A DNA stretch of 61,614 bases from Bacillota bacterium (GTDB lineage: Bacteria; Bacillota; Clostridia; Christensenellales; UBA1431). Below, piece after piece: positions 31,080 to 41,108 of the stretch; positions within the stretch are counted from its first letter, which is position 1; the number at the start of each line of letters is the position of its first letter. A program made the position numbers and the translations under genes. The stretch is from assembly GCA_049324235.1 (NCBI GenBank), contig JBMOLJ010000070.1, positions 1 to 61,614 on the forward strand, in the 5' to 3' direction. Under the pieces are notes generated by a model. The model had not been told where the DNA came from. It was given only the letters and a program-made list of their open reading frames with translations, and did not search any database.

Positions 31080-32279
31080 TCACTCCTCCAGCTCCATCAG
31101 GATATGCGGAAACACCGCAAGGCTGCGCTTTAAAATCCCCTGCATATACGCAATCAGGATTCCGTAGTTCGTGATGGGCACGTTTTGATCCTGGGCGCAT
31201 TTCTGCCGGTATATCATTTCCCTTTCGTTCAGCATGCATCCGCCGCAATGTATGATGAGCCTGTACTCTTGCAGATCATCGGGAAACTCCGTGCCGGACG
31301 TAAATTCAAAATTCAATTGCTTGCCCGTGTAGTTTTTGATCCACCGGGGGAGCTTGACGCTGCCGATATCGTCACATTGGCGGTGATGCGTGCACCCTTC
31401 CGATATCAGCACCGTATCGCCGTCACCAAGCTTCTCAAGCACCGCCACGCCCTTTACAGCCGCTTCAAGTAGCCCCTTATACCGCGCGAACAGTATCGAA
31501 AACGAGGTCAAAAGGATGTCATCGGGCACATCGGCTGAAACCTTCGCAAAAACCTGGCTGTCCGTGATGACGAGCTTTGGCTTCTTGCCGAGGTTCTCGA
31601 GCGTTTCGCGAAGCTCGAATTCCTTGACCACAACCGCGGTCGCATCGGCTTCGAGTATATCCCGGATGGTTTGCTGCTGCGGTAATATCAGCCTGCCCTT
31701 GGGCGCGGCTTTGTCAATGGGCGTAACGAGCACGACAAAGTCAGATGGATTGATCAGGTCGCCCACGATCTTCAGTTTCGGTTCCTCCGTAACCGCGAGG
31801 GACGCTATTTTATCCTTTAACGCTGCAAGGTTTGTTTTCTCCGTTGCGCTGATGAGAAGTTCGTTGCCCTGCAGGTCTCTACTCAACAGATCGCTTTTGT
31901 TGTATACGACCATATAGTTGATGCCCTTTTCCTTAAACAAGCCTATCAGATCATCGTCCGCTTCGGTTTTGCCGCAGGTAGCATCCACAATAAGCACCGC
32001 TACATCCGTTTTATTCAGCACCTGCTTCGTTTTGCGGATACGCAACTCGCCCAAAGGGCCTTCGTCGTCTATCCCCGGTGTGTCGATGATCACAACCGGT
32101 CCCAGCGGAAGCAGCTCCATCGATTTATAGACCGGGTCGGTCGTCGTGCCCTTCATATCGGATACAACGGCAAGTTCCTGCCCTGTAACCGCGTTCACGA
32201 CACTTGACTTGCCCGCATTCCTTTTGCCGAAGAACCCGATATGCACTCGGTTTGCGCTTGGCGTTGCATTTAGTCCCAT
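31080..32279 (-). CDS. hydF: [FeFe]-hydrogenase maturation GTPase
   Basis: GKRNAGKSS, EGCTHH, HCGGCM motifs. Confidence 0.96.
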   Translation of the reverse strand: MGLNATPSANRVHIGFFGKRNAGKSSVVNAVTGQELAVVSDMKGTTTDPVYKSMELLPLGPVVIIDTPGIDDEGPLGELRIRKTKQVLNKTDVAVLIVDATCGKTEADDDLIGLFKEKGINYMVVYNKSDLLSRDLQGNELLISATEKTNLAALKDKIASLAVTEEPKLKIVGDLINPSDFVVLVTPIDKAAPKGRLILPQQQTIRDILEADATAVVVKEFELRETLENLGKKPKLVITDSQVFAKVSADVPDDILLTSFSILFARYKGLLEAAVKGVAVLEKLGDGDTVLISEGCTHHRQCDDIGSVKLPRWIKNYTGKQLNFEFTSGTEFPDDLQEYRLIIHCGGCMLNEREMIYRQKCAQDQNVPITNYGILIAYMQGILKRSLAVFPHILMELEE

Positions 32280-32288
32280 AATCTTCTC

Positions 32289-33707
32289 CTAAAACCTGAA
32301 ATCTCGTTTGCCATTTTCAATATTCGTAAGGTTTTCGCGTACGATTCCCTTTACCTTGTCCTTGGGTATATTATGGATTTCGGCTTCGATCAGCTTCTCT
32401 CCGATCGCCTTTGTATCAGGGGAAGCGTAATCTTCCAGATATTCCTTCAAGGTCATCAGCGCGTTCGGATGGCAGCAATTCTGTATCTGCCCGTTTTTGC
32501 AAAGGGTCATGAACCTGTCGCCCGTTCTGCCCTCGCGGTAACAGGCCGTGCAGAAGCTCGGGATATATCCCAGCTCCATCAGCCACCTGACGACCTCATC
32601 GAGCGTCCGTTTGTCGCTCACATCGAACTGCTCGGACTTTTCATCTTCGGGTTCGGTCTCGTAATACCCGCCGACGCTCGTTCTCGACGCGCCGCTGATC
32701 TGGGATACGCCCAGATGCAGCACCTTTTCGCGGCATTCCTTGCTTTCTCTCGTCGAAATGATCATCCCTGTATAAGGTACGGATACGCGTATGCAGGCGA
32801 CGATCTTGGCAAAGATATCATCACTGATGCCGTTTTCAAAAACGTTTGGGTCGATGTCGTCGGCGTGTTTGATCCTCGGAACGCTTATCGTGTGCGGGCC
32901 AACCCCGTGCACTGCTTCCAAGTGTTCCGCGTGCATCAGAAGCGCGGCGAACTCGTAACGGAATAATTCCAAGCCGAACAAAACGCCCAGGCCGACGTCG
33001 TCTATACCGCCCTCCATTGCGCGGTCCATCGCCTCGGTATGATAGGCGTAGTCATGCTTCGGGCCGGTCGGATGCAGTTTTTCATAGCTCTCTTTGTGGT
33101 ATGTCTCCTGAAAAAGGATGTATGTGCCGATGCCGACATCCTTGAGCTTTTTATAGTTTTCGACGGTCGTAGCCGCGATGTTTACATTCACGCGGCGGAT
33201 CGCGCCGTTTTTATGCTTGATGCTGTAGATCGTATTGATGCATTCCAGAATATACTCGATAGGATTCATTTCAGGATGTTCACCCGCTTCAATAGCGAGC
33301 CGCTTATGCCCCATATCCTGCAGGGCGATCACCTCGCGCGCCACTTCCTCCTGCGTGAGCTTCTTTCTGGCAATGTGTTTGTTTTTCATGTGGTAGGGAC
33401 AGTAAACGCATCCGTTAATACAATAGTTGGACAGGTACAGCGGCGCGAACATGACGATGCGGTTCCCGTAAAAATCCTTTTTGATCTGCTCGGCAAGCGC
33501 ATAGATTTCCTGATTCTTCTCCTCGATTTCGCAGTCGAGCAGCACCGCCGCTTCCCTGTGGGATAGCCCCTTGCGCAGTTTGGCCTTCTCGATGATGCTG
33601 CCGATGAGTTCGGCGTCGTTCTTGTTCTTTTCGGCAAAGGTCAGTGTCTCAAGCACCTCCTCATGAGATATGAATTCTTCGGCGCGCATGGATTTTGGAT
33701 CGTACAT
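32289..33707 (-). CDS. hydG: [FeFe]-hydrogenase maturase HydG
   Basis: APLYLSNYC.NGC.YC and C-terminal SFCTACYR...C. Confidence 0.96.
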   Translation of the reverse strand: MYDPKSMRAEEFISHEEVLETLTFAEKNKNDAELIGSIIEKAKLRKGLSHREAAVLLDCEIEEKNQEIYALAEQIKKDFYGNRIVMFAPLYLSNYCINGCVYCPYHMKNKHIARKKLTQEEVAREVIALQDMGHKRLAIEAGEHPEMNPIEYILECINTIYSIKHKNGAIRRVNVNIAATTVENYKKLKDVGIGTYILFQETYHKESYEKLHPTGPKHDYAYHTEAMDRAMEGGIDDVGLGVLFGLELFRYEFAALLMHAEHLEAVHGVGPHTISVPRIKHADDIDPNVFENGISDDIFAKIVACIRVSVPYTGMIISTRESKECREKVLHLGVSQISGASRTSVGGYYETEPEDEKSEQFDVSDKRTLDEVVRWLMELGYIPSFCTACYREGRTGDRFMTLCKNGQIQNCCHPNALMTLKEYLEDYASPDTKAIGEKLIEAEIHNIPKDKVKGIVRENLTNIENGKRDFRF

Positions 33708-33756
33708 TGTGATCTTCCTTTCTTCAGGGTCAGAGCTTTCTTCCCCCTTAGTCATT

Positions 33757-34809
33757 TTATATAGATTTGTAGTCGCCCCTTGAGACAACCAATTGATAAC
33801 CGATGTTCTCTATCCGGCGCTGCATGCAAGCCCGGCATTCCGCCGCCTCGTCCCCCGTGCAGATCTTATTGTCATACAGCAGATATTTTTTTCTCACATC
33901 AACAGGAGAGAGATTCGGCATTACGACGTTAGCGCCCGCCAGAATTCCTTTTTCCCGGCCCATCGGATGAATCGTTCCGAGCGCAGTCGTTGCAGGGATC
34001 AATGCGCTTGGCAGCATGAGGCGGATAATCGCAAGCAGAAACAGAGTCAGATCCAGGGTTCCCGCCTGCTGATCGGCAAAGGGCGTCGCATGATGCGGGA
34101 TAAATGGCCCAATCCCGACCATGTGGGGATCCAGTTGCTTTAAAAAAAGCAGGTCGTCGATGATGCATGCATCTGTTTGATAAGGTGAGCCGACCATAAA
34201 TCCGCAGCCCACCTGATATCCTATCTTTTTCAGATCATATAAACACTGTTTGCGGTTTTTGAGTGATAGGTTCTGTGGGTGAAGCATGGCATAATGCCTG
34301 CTGTTCGCCGTTTCATGGCGGAGCAGATACCGGTCCGCCCCCGCGTCAAAGTATGCCTTGTAGCTGTCAAACGGCTTTTCCCCGATAGACAGCGTTACCG
34401 CGCAGTCCGGGTGGTTTTGTTTAATGGAACGTATGATATTAACGATTTTTTCATCGGTATAATACCCGTCCTCGCCGCCCTGCAGGACGAAAGTGCGGAA
34501 GCCAAGCCCGTGCCCCATCGCACAGCAATCCAGTATCTGCTCCTTTGTTAAGCGGTATCTGTCCGTGCCCGGGCTGCTTTTCCTGATACCGCAGTAATAA
34601 CAGTCGTTCCTGCAGTAATTCGTGAACTCGATAAGCCCGCGCATATACACATCGCGGCCGTAGATGCTGTGCCTTACTGCACACGCGCGTTCAAAAAGAT
34701 ATTGTACCGTTTCATCCGAACGGCACGCAAGCAATGCAGCGAATTCTACGCGGGCGAGTATCCGTTTTTTTTCGAGTTTATCTATAAGCTCTTTTATTTC
34801 AGTCTTCAT
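33757..34809 (-). CDS. hydE: [FeFe]-hydrogenase maturase HydE
   Basis: RGLIEFTNYC.NDC.YC, YLLRHETA, GIGPFIPH, GANVVMPN. Confidence 0.95.
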   Translation of the reverse strand: MKTEIKELIDKLEKKRILARVEFAALLACRSDETVQYLFERACAVRHSIYGRDVYMRGLIEFTNYCRNDCYYCGIRKSSPGTDRYRLTKEQILDCCAMGHGLGFRTFVLQGGEDGYYTDEKIVNIIRSIKQNHPDCAVTLSIGEKPFDSYKAYFDAGADRYLLRHETANSRHYAMLHPQNLSLKNRKQCLYDLKKIGYQVGCGFMVGSPYQTDACIIDDLLFLKQLDPHMVGIGPFIPHHATPFADQQAGTLDLTLFLLAIIRLMLPSALIPATTALGTIHPMGREKGILAGANVVMPNLSPVDVRKKYLLYDNKICTGDEAAECRACMQRRIENIGYQLVVSRGDYKSI

Positions 34810-35062
34810 GTTTCGTACACACATTCGAATATACGGTTTTGGCCCTGATGCCCGGCAATTTCCCGATTTTCCCCGATAATGCGCTGATCATATCCTGCGT
34901 CGCATCGATGGCAATGCTGATGATGCTCACCTTTTTTGCGCGGTACGGGATTCCCATGCGTCCGATGATGTATTCGGAGTAGTCATGTAAAACTGAATTC
35001 AGTTTTTCCACGGAGTCCGGGTTTTCAACGATGATCGCAATGATTGCCACCCTTGTTTCCAT
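34799..35062 (-). CDS. TM1266-family iron-only hydrogenase system regulator
   Basis: IIGRMGIPY, ISALSGKIG; first gene of the hyd operon. Confidence 0.88.
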   Translation of the reverse strand: METRVAIIAIIVENPDSVEKLNSVLHDYSEYIIGRMGIPYRAKKVSIISIAIDATQDMISALSGKIGKLPGIRAKTVYSNVCTKHED

Positions 35063-35427
35063 CGAATCAATCCTTTCATATCAGGAAATAAAAAATGCGC
35101 CGTGGAAAGCGCAATAATCCGTATGTTACAACGATTGCCGTGCCTTTCACTCAGAAAACATCTTTGTGTCAGTAACGAAACATATATACTTTGCTGTCAG
35201 CCGTTGCTTGCAGCGCGGTTTTTTGTTTATTTTATCACAATCGGGATAAAAGTCAAGTAAAAAGCTAAAAGCGTATGGAGCTTTTCCTGAAAGACATTTA
35301 TGCTTAAGTAAACGGACAATCACTCCGTAGCCCAGGTTTCCCGGGCGTATATTTTTTAATATGTTCCGCACAATTATAAGGGTACACCACTGAACCAAAT
35401 TGACCATTCTTTTAAAGGGTGAGGCAA

Positions 35428-36030
35428 ATGGAAAAGAATGAATTATACGCTTTCTTCAATAAACTGGACCGCGCGATATTCATTGACAATGAATATAAGG
35501 ACGCGGCGTTCATGAACAAGCCCTTACCTATCGGGTACGGGCAAACGATTTCACAGCCCAGCCTTGTTTTGGAAATGACTTTTCTGCTTAACCCAGATGA
35601 AAACTGCAAAGTCCTTGAAATAGGAACGGGATCGGGTTACCAGACCGCGTTGCTTGCCGAATTTGCAGGCTCGGTATACACCGTGGAAAGGATACCGGAG
35701 TTGTCTGAAAAAGCCAGGGAAAAACTTGATATGCTTGGCTATGACAATATATCCTATAAAATCGGCGACGGAAGCGAGGGCTGGAGCGAATATGCGCCTT
35801 ATGACAGGATTATGGTGACTGCGGCGGCTGAAAAAACGCCTCTCGAACTGATAAAACAGCTCAGGACCGGAGGCAGGATGATTGCTCCGATCGGTCCCCC
35901 GGGGCTTCAGGACTTATTTTTAATAACAAAAGACCAAAATGGGGAAATCCGGTCCGAAGCGTTGGCGAAGGTAGCTTTCGTCGAGATGAAAGGCAAGTAC
36001 GGCTGGAACGAGAAAAGCGGATTATATTGA
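35428..36030 (+). CDS. pcm: Protein-L-isoaspartate O-methyltransferase
   Basis: PIGYGQTISQP, VLEIGTGSGY, PYDRI.VTAAA. Confidence 0.93.
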   Translation: MEKNELYAFFNKLDRAIFIDNEYKDAAFMNKPLPIGYGQTISQPSLVLEMTFLLNPDENCKVLEIGTGSGYQTALLAEFAGSVYTVERIPELSEKAREKLDMLGYDNISYKIGDGSEGWSEYAPYDRIMVTAAAEKTPLELIKQLRTGGRMIAPIGPPGLQDLFLITKDQNGEIRSEALAKVAFVEMKGKYGWNEKSGLY

Positions 36031-36044
36031 AATTGAGGCGGAAC

Positions 36045-36270
36045 ATGGCAGGCTATACTCCGGGATATATTAAACTATTCGAAAACGGCGGACTGTAAAA
36101 CCGCATTACAAGCCTTAAGGAAAAACTCAAATGCTGCGAGATATGTCCTCATCACTGTAAGGTAGACCGGAGACGGAATCGTTGATATTTACATGCCGGA
36201 CATAAAAATACCTTCAGGCGCTGGAATACGCAAAAAGGCTGGGGCTGACCCATATGCTTATCAGCTAAAA
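36045..36270 (+). pseudogene. Internally deleted PflX-like radical SAM remnant
   Basis: N-terminus with premature stop and CEICPHHCKVDR joined to DGIVDIYMPDIKY and ALEYAKRLGL. Confidence 0.6.
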
Positions 36271-36286
36271 CCTTACTCTCCCCCGC

Positions 36287-37249
36287 TTATCCTGCATTTG
36301 CCGGAACGGCGCCCTTCTCGCACTTATTTCCCCAGGCATCAATCAGGTCATTTTCTCTGTACACGCATATGATTTCACAGTTGTTGGGACACTTGCCGCA
36401 CTCTATACCCCGGGTCGTGAACTCGATATCGGTGATATCAAACCGGAAATCCCCTGCACATTTCGATTTTTTTGCCAATATGGCAACGCCGAGAGCGCCC
36501 ATCAGGTGGCTGTTCGGATCAACTGTAATGCTGCAGTTGGTCGCTTCCTCGAAAGCTCTGATTACGCCGGCGTTCTTGCTGACACCGCCCTGAAATACGA
36601 TAGGCGGCATGATTCTCTTGCCCTTGCCGACATTGTTTAGGTAATTTGCGACAACGGCACGGCAAAGCCCGGCAATGATATCCTCTTTTTTATGCCCGAT
36701 TTGCAATTTGTGAACAAGGTCGGATTCCGCGAAAACCGTGCAGCGCGCCGCAATCTGCGTAGCCCTGGTGGACTTGAGCGCTATTTCTCCGAATTCCTCA
36801 ACCCGCACCCCGAGCCTCTGCGCCTGGCTGGACAGAAAAGCGCCGGTGCCGGCTGCGCAAAGCGTATTCATCGCGTAGTCAGCCACAAAACCGTTTTCAA
36901 TCAGTATGATTTTTGAATCCTGCCCCCCGATCTCAAAAATCGTACGGACATCAGGATATAGCGACATCGTCCCGATCGCATGGGCCGTTATCTCGTTTTT
37001 CACGACAACAGCGCCGGTCATGGCGCCAATGAGTTTGCGGGCGCTGCCCGTTACGCCAACCGCGGCGATACGGCAGGACACGCCGCCAAGCTGATATTTC
37101 AGCGCGGACAGGAGCCGTTTCACCGCGCCGATGGGATCGCCCTCGGTCATCAGGTATTCGCTCGCCCTGATGCGGTGCTCTCCGTCTATCACGGCCCCTT
37201 TCGTTGATATGGAGCCGATATCCAGCCCCAGGTAATAGGTGTCTGTCAT
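36287..37249 (-). CDS. Acyl-CoA dehydratase activase (ASKHA ATPase)
   Basis: GLDIGSISTK, EIGGQDSK, CAAGTG, RCTVFAESD. Confidence 0.92.
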   Translation of the reverse strand: MTDTYYLGLDIGSISTKGAVIDGEHRIRASEYLMTEGDPIGAVKRLLSALKYQLGGVSCRIAAVGVTGSARKLIGAMTGAVVVKNEITAHAIGTMSLYPDVRTIFEIGGQDSKIILIENGFVADYAMNTLCAAGTGAFLSSQAQRLGVRVEEFGEIALKSTRATQIAARCTVFAESDLVHKLQIGHKKEDIIAGLCRAVVANYLNNVGKGKRIMPPIVFQGGVSKNAGVIRAFEEATNCSITVDPNSHLMGALGVAILAKKSKCAGDFRFDITDIEFTTRGIECGKCPNNCEIICVYRENDLIDAWGNKCEKGAVPANAG

Positions 37250-38310
37250 TTTGCCTCTTTCCTCATCACGATCATGTCATAGAATGCTTCCAGCCGGGTT
37301 CTTATGCCCGTCTCGCTGGTCTGAGAGTCAAAGCTAAAATATACAATCGGAATCCTATAGTCGGCACTGATATTTTGCAGCACGGGTATTACGTCTATTT
37401 CAGGCGTACACCCGAACGATTTTACATGGATGATTCCGTCGTAGCCTTTTTTTGCAAAAGCCAGCGCGCGGTCGATGGTCATCATGCTGGTGGCGCCCAT
37501 GTCGTATTGCGCATAGCCTTTGATGTATTCTTTCATCCTTTTCTCGGGATAGTGGAGCAGGGAGTTGGATATATTCACCCACCGGTCCACGATAATGCCC
37601 ATCTTGGCGAGTTCCTTCTCGATGAAGTGGTTGCTGAACGGTTCCATGATGGTGTAATACTCGCCTATGATCCCTGCTCTCAACGGGAACCTGGGCTTGA
37701 CCGTCTCAACTTCCTTTAAGCTCTTCATATATTTCTGGAACAGAGCGTTCAGCTCTTTTTTGGTGCGCACGCCTCTGAGTTGGTTTAAAAATTGCTGATG
37801 AAGGCTGTCAAAGGAGCCGGAGGCGGTTTCGAAGCCGACGTTTTTGCGGATATAATCTTCGGCGTCATCTATGCATTCCACCATCTTCAAAACCACCGGC
37901 AAAACCATTGCCAGCTTTTTGAGCGACATATCGGGATTGATGGCTTTCAACTGGCTGTAGAATGTAAGCGGCCTTTCAAACCGCGCCCGCACCATGTTGA
38001 CAAAACGCACTTTATAGCCCAGATCCCTGAGTATCTGCTCATGCAGTTCGCCGTAATAACCGAGCCTGCAGGCTCCGCCGACCTGTACGAGCGTGTTGGC
38101 GCCCGCCTTTATGGACTCGATATAGTTTCCGAGGATGTATTTGAACGGCGCGCAGACATAATCCGGGCTGTAACGGCTGCCCAGCGCCAGTGTCCTTGCC
38201 GTGACAGGGGGCGGTACGATGTACTCGACGCCAAGCCCCTTGGTAAACAGGACCTCGATCGGTACGCAATAGCTGCCCAGATGCGGAAATGTCACCTTGA
38301 TATTATCCAA
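37246..38310 (-). CDS. 2-hydroxyacyl-CoA dehydratase-related subunit
   Basis: VCAPFK, GACRLGYY, SFGCTPE, TRLEAF. Confidence 0.82.
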   Translation of the reverse strand: MDNIKVTFPHLGSYCVPIEVLFTKGLGVEYIVPPPVTARTLALGSRYSPDYVCAPFKYILGNYIESIKAGANTLVQVGGACRLGYYGELHEQILRDLGYKVRFVNMVRARFERPLTFYSQLKAINPDMSLKKLAMVLPVVLKMVECIDDAEDYIRKNVGFETASGSFDSLHQQFLNQLRGVRTKKELNALFQKYMKSLKEVETVKPRFPLRAGIIGEYYTIMEPFSNHFIEKELAKMGIIVDRWVNISNSLLHYPEKRMKEYIKGYAQYDMGATSMMTIDRALAFAKKGYDGIIHVKSFGCTPEIDVIPVLQNISADYRIPIVYFSFDSQTSETGIRTRLEAFYDMIVMRKEAK

Positions 38311-39223
38311 TGAAATCTTCCCTCTTGTATCTGATAATATCCACAAAGCTCTCCAGCCTTGTTTCGAGCCCGGCGGTACCCTCCTGCCCGTCCAGCAGCA
38401 GATTCAGAATGGGCTTGTCCTGAACGCGCCGGATGATGATTTCGTTGACCAGTGAGTCCGGGCCGCAGGGGAACGTGCTCATCAGGATGATGCCGTCCAC
38501 CCTGTCCCTGTACAATACGACAGAGCCGAGCAGCTCCTTATTGTATACCCACGGAAGCGTATCGCTAAGTTGCATCGAGCATGCAATGGCTTCCTTTTTA
38601 CTGGCGTATTCGCCGATAACCGGAACGACATCCATGCTGCGCAGTACACGAAGAACCGGCGCGCCGATGTATTTGTCCAGAATATTATATGCGTGCGCTA
38701 TCAGGAGAATCTTGATCTTTTTCTCGTTCAGCAAAGCCTCCTGCTCTTTGTTCGACGCTATCTGTGCTGTCTTTTCCGCCTGTTTGGCCAATAAATACGC
38801 TCTTAAAATCTGCGGCTTTTTCCTGCCCAGGTTTTTACCCATTTTCATAAAAGCGCCCAGCTCATTTTCAGAGTTCATAGGATCAATGTTATAATGCAGA
38901 AACTCGATATCCTTATCCCTGAACGTGTTCTTTATAACATCATAAATAGCCTGAAACCTTGTGCAGACCGTCCCTGTTTTGCCATAATTGGAAATTCTCG
39001 GTACGAGTATGGTATCGCACCTGTCCATCAGCCATACGACATGCCCCAGATAAATCTTGGATGAAAGGCAGCATTCATCAACAGCACAGTTCATGCCCCT
39101 GCTGATGATATCCTTGTTCGTATCCGGGCTGACAATGTAATCGATTCCCAGTGTTTCAAAAAAGCTTTCCCACAGGCTGGCGTATTTGAAGTATAAAAAT
39201 GCCCTGGGGATTCCAACCTTCAT
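38303..39223 (-). CDS. Acyl-CoA dehydratase activase-related protein (DUF2229-like)
   Basis: KVGIPRA, ECCL..KIY.GH, FPCGPD, TRLESF. Confidence 0.82.
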   Translation of the reverse strand: MKVGIPRAFLYFKYASLWESFFETLGIDYIVSPDTNKDIISRGMNCAVDECCLSSKIYLGHVVWLMDRCDTILVPRISNYGKTGTVCTRFQAIYDVIKNTFRDKDIEFLHYNIDPMNSENELGAFMKMGKNLGRKKPQILRAYLLAKQAEKTAQIASNKEQEALLNEKKIKILLIAHAYNILDKYIGAPVLRVLRSMDVVPVIGEYASKKEAIACSMQLSDTLPWVYNKELLGSVVLYRDRVDGIILMSTFPCGPDSLVNEIIIRRVQDKPILNLLLDGQEGTAGLETRLESFVDIIRYKREDFIG

Positions 39224-39442
39224 CCTTTTATGCTCTCACATTCGTACGTATGTATATCTTCATTATAGTAATATTTTGGTAATCGGGCAATAATGAACCA
39301 AGAGTATAACTTAAGTCAGCTTTCAGGGAATATATTGGCTTGAATCTGCCTTAAAGCAAAGATAGCCATTACGTTCGATAATGGCTATTCTACATATTTA
39401 GCGTGAACCTGATTTGTATAAAAGAATTTATCCGGCTGATCA

Positions 39443-40378
39443 TCATCCTTCGGAAAACAAGGGCGTCGACAGGTATCTCTCGCCGGTGTCGGGCAGCACC
39501 GCGACAATTATTTTCCCTTTGTTCCCGGGCCTCCTGCCTATCTGAGCCGCCGCAAATACCGCTGCGCCGGAAGATATTCCCACCAGCAGCCCTTCCGTCC
39601 TGCAAAGGAGCCGCGACGTATCTAACGCTTCTTCATTCCTTACCTTGAATATTTCATCGACCACCGCTCTGTTGAACACTTCGGGCACAAAACCGGCGCC
39701 TATCCCCTGTATCTTGTGCGGCCCCTTCTCTCCCCCTGAAAGCACAGGCGAATCAAACGGTTCCACCGCCACGATCTGCACATTCGGATTATGCTTCTTA
39801 AGAACCTCGCCCACACCGGATACGGTACCGCCGGTTCCTACACCTGCTACAAACACGTCCACTTTCCCATCGGTATCCCGAAGAATCTCTTCCGCTGTTG
39901 TTTTTCTGTGAATTTCCGGGTTGGCCGGGTTCTCAAACTGGTTCGGAATAAAGGAGTTGGGTATCTGGGCGGAAAGCTCTTTCGCCTTCTTGATTGCGCC
40001 CGGCATCCCCTCCGTCCCAGGCGTAAGTACCAGTTCCGCGCCCAGAGCCTTTAACAGGTTGCGGCGCTCGACGCTGAACGTTTCGGGCATGGTAAGTATC
40101 AGCTTATAGCCTTTTGCCGCTGAAACGAACGCAAGACCGATCCCCGTGTTCCCGCTGGTCGGCTCGATGATCACGGTATCCTCTTTAATCAGGCCTTTCT
40201 CTTCCGCGTCCTTGATCATGCTGTACCCGATCCTGTCCTTTACGCTGCCGGCCGGATTGAAGTATTCGAGCTTTGCTATTACCGTCGCTTCAAGGTTTTG
40301 CGCCGTATTATAATTTGCGAGTTCAAGAAGAGGCGTATTCCCTATCAATTCCGTCAGATTCTTTGCAATCTTTGCCAT
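39443..40378 (-). CDS. cysK: Cysteine synthase A
   Basis: [32 protein letters not shown]. Confidence 0.97.
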   Translation of the reverse strand: MAKIAKNLTELIGNTPLLELANYNTAQNLEATVIAKLEYFNPAGSVKDRIGYSMIKDAEEKGLIKEDTVIIEPTSGNTGIGLAFVSAAKGYKLILTMPETFSVERRNLLKALGAELVLTPGTEGMPGAIKKAKELSAQIPNSFIPNQFENPANPEIHRKTTAEEILRDTDGKVDVFVAGVGTGGTVSGVGEVLKKHNPNVQIVAVEPFDSPVLSGGEKGPHKIQGIGAGFVPEVFNRAVVDEIFKVRNEEALDTSRLLCRTEGLLVGISSGAAVFAAAQIGRRPGNKGKIIVAVLPDTGERYLSTPLFSEG

Positions 40379-40628
40379 TGTTTTTCCTCCCTGTTTGATA
40401 TTATGTAAGACTTATTTTTCCATTTTTAACTGTACGATCTTCTTTCCCTATCTTCCGTTTTAAATCTCCTTTTATTCAACTGAATAAGATGGCATCCTGG
40501 AAGACCAGGGTCAGTGTCCCGCCGTTCAACTTTACAGCGTTCGCGCGGATCAGTTCCAATAACAATACCGCTCTTCCTTTATCAATGACATCGTCTCATA
40601 TTAATTACGTAGGAATTATATGTATGTT

Positions 40629-40657
40629 ATTATATGCTTCCGGTCCGGCTTTGTCAA
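40629..40657 (-). promoter_or_regulatory. Consensus sigmaA promoter upstream of cysK
   Basis: TTGACA-17-TATAAT. Confidence 0.85.
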
Positions 40658-40679
40658 TACCAAAAAGCAAAGATAAGGT

Positions 40680-40845
40680 AACGCCCTTCTTGCCCTCCAA
40701 ATCCGTACCAATAGCAATATAGACAGCCTTCTTTACCACCGTACCCTTTTCACGCACCTTGTAGTGAATGGCGTCCACCAACACCATGGCATATACGCTT
40801 TCCAGCGACCGGTTCTGCCACCCTCTTATTAGCGGCAGCAGCTAC
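40680..40845 (-). pseudogene. IS256-family transposase internal fragment
   Basis: WQNRSLESVYAMVLVDAIHYKVRE.G.VVKKAVYIAIG...G.K. Confidence 0.8.
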
Positions 40846-41108
40846 AATTTATAAAAACTTCAGATTTCTAAAAAGTTTTATAAATACGAGTATTTTTATG
40901 GTATAATATCCCAAAAGATTAGAATGATTAAATAACCTGAATAAACATAGACAGCCATCGTCTCAGACCCAGCATATCCTTCTGAAAACCTGTTGACACA
41001 AAAACGTCCAATAATAACAGGAAGCCTCTTCAGTCGTGCAATTGTCCTTTCTGTTCCAATTTTAAAGTCTACCTGATATTGATAAGATCCTTTTGAAGGA
41101 GTGGTATT

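Noticed and set aside
40475-40600. YezD-like small gene and Rrf2/CymR box before cysK
   Set aside because: Resemblance is weak and the frame is broken; not supportable
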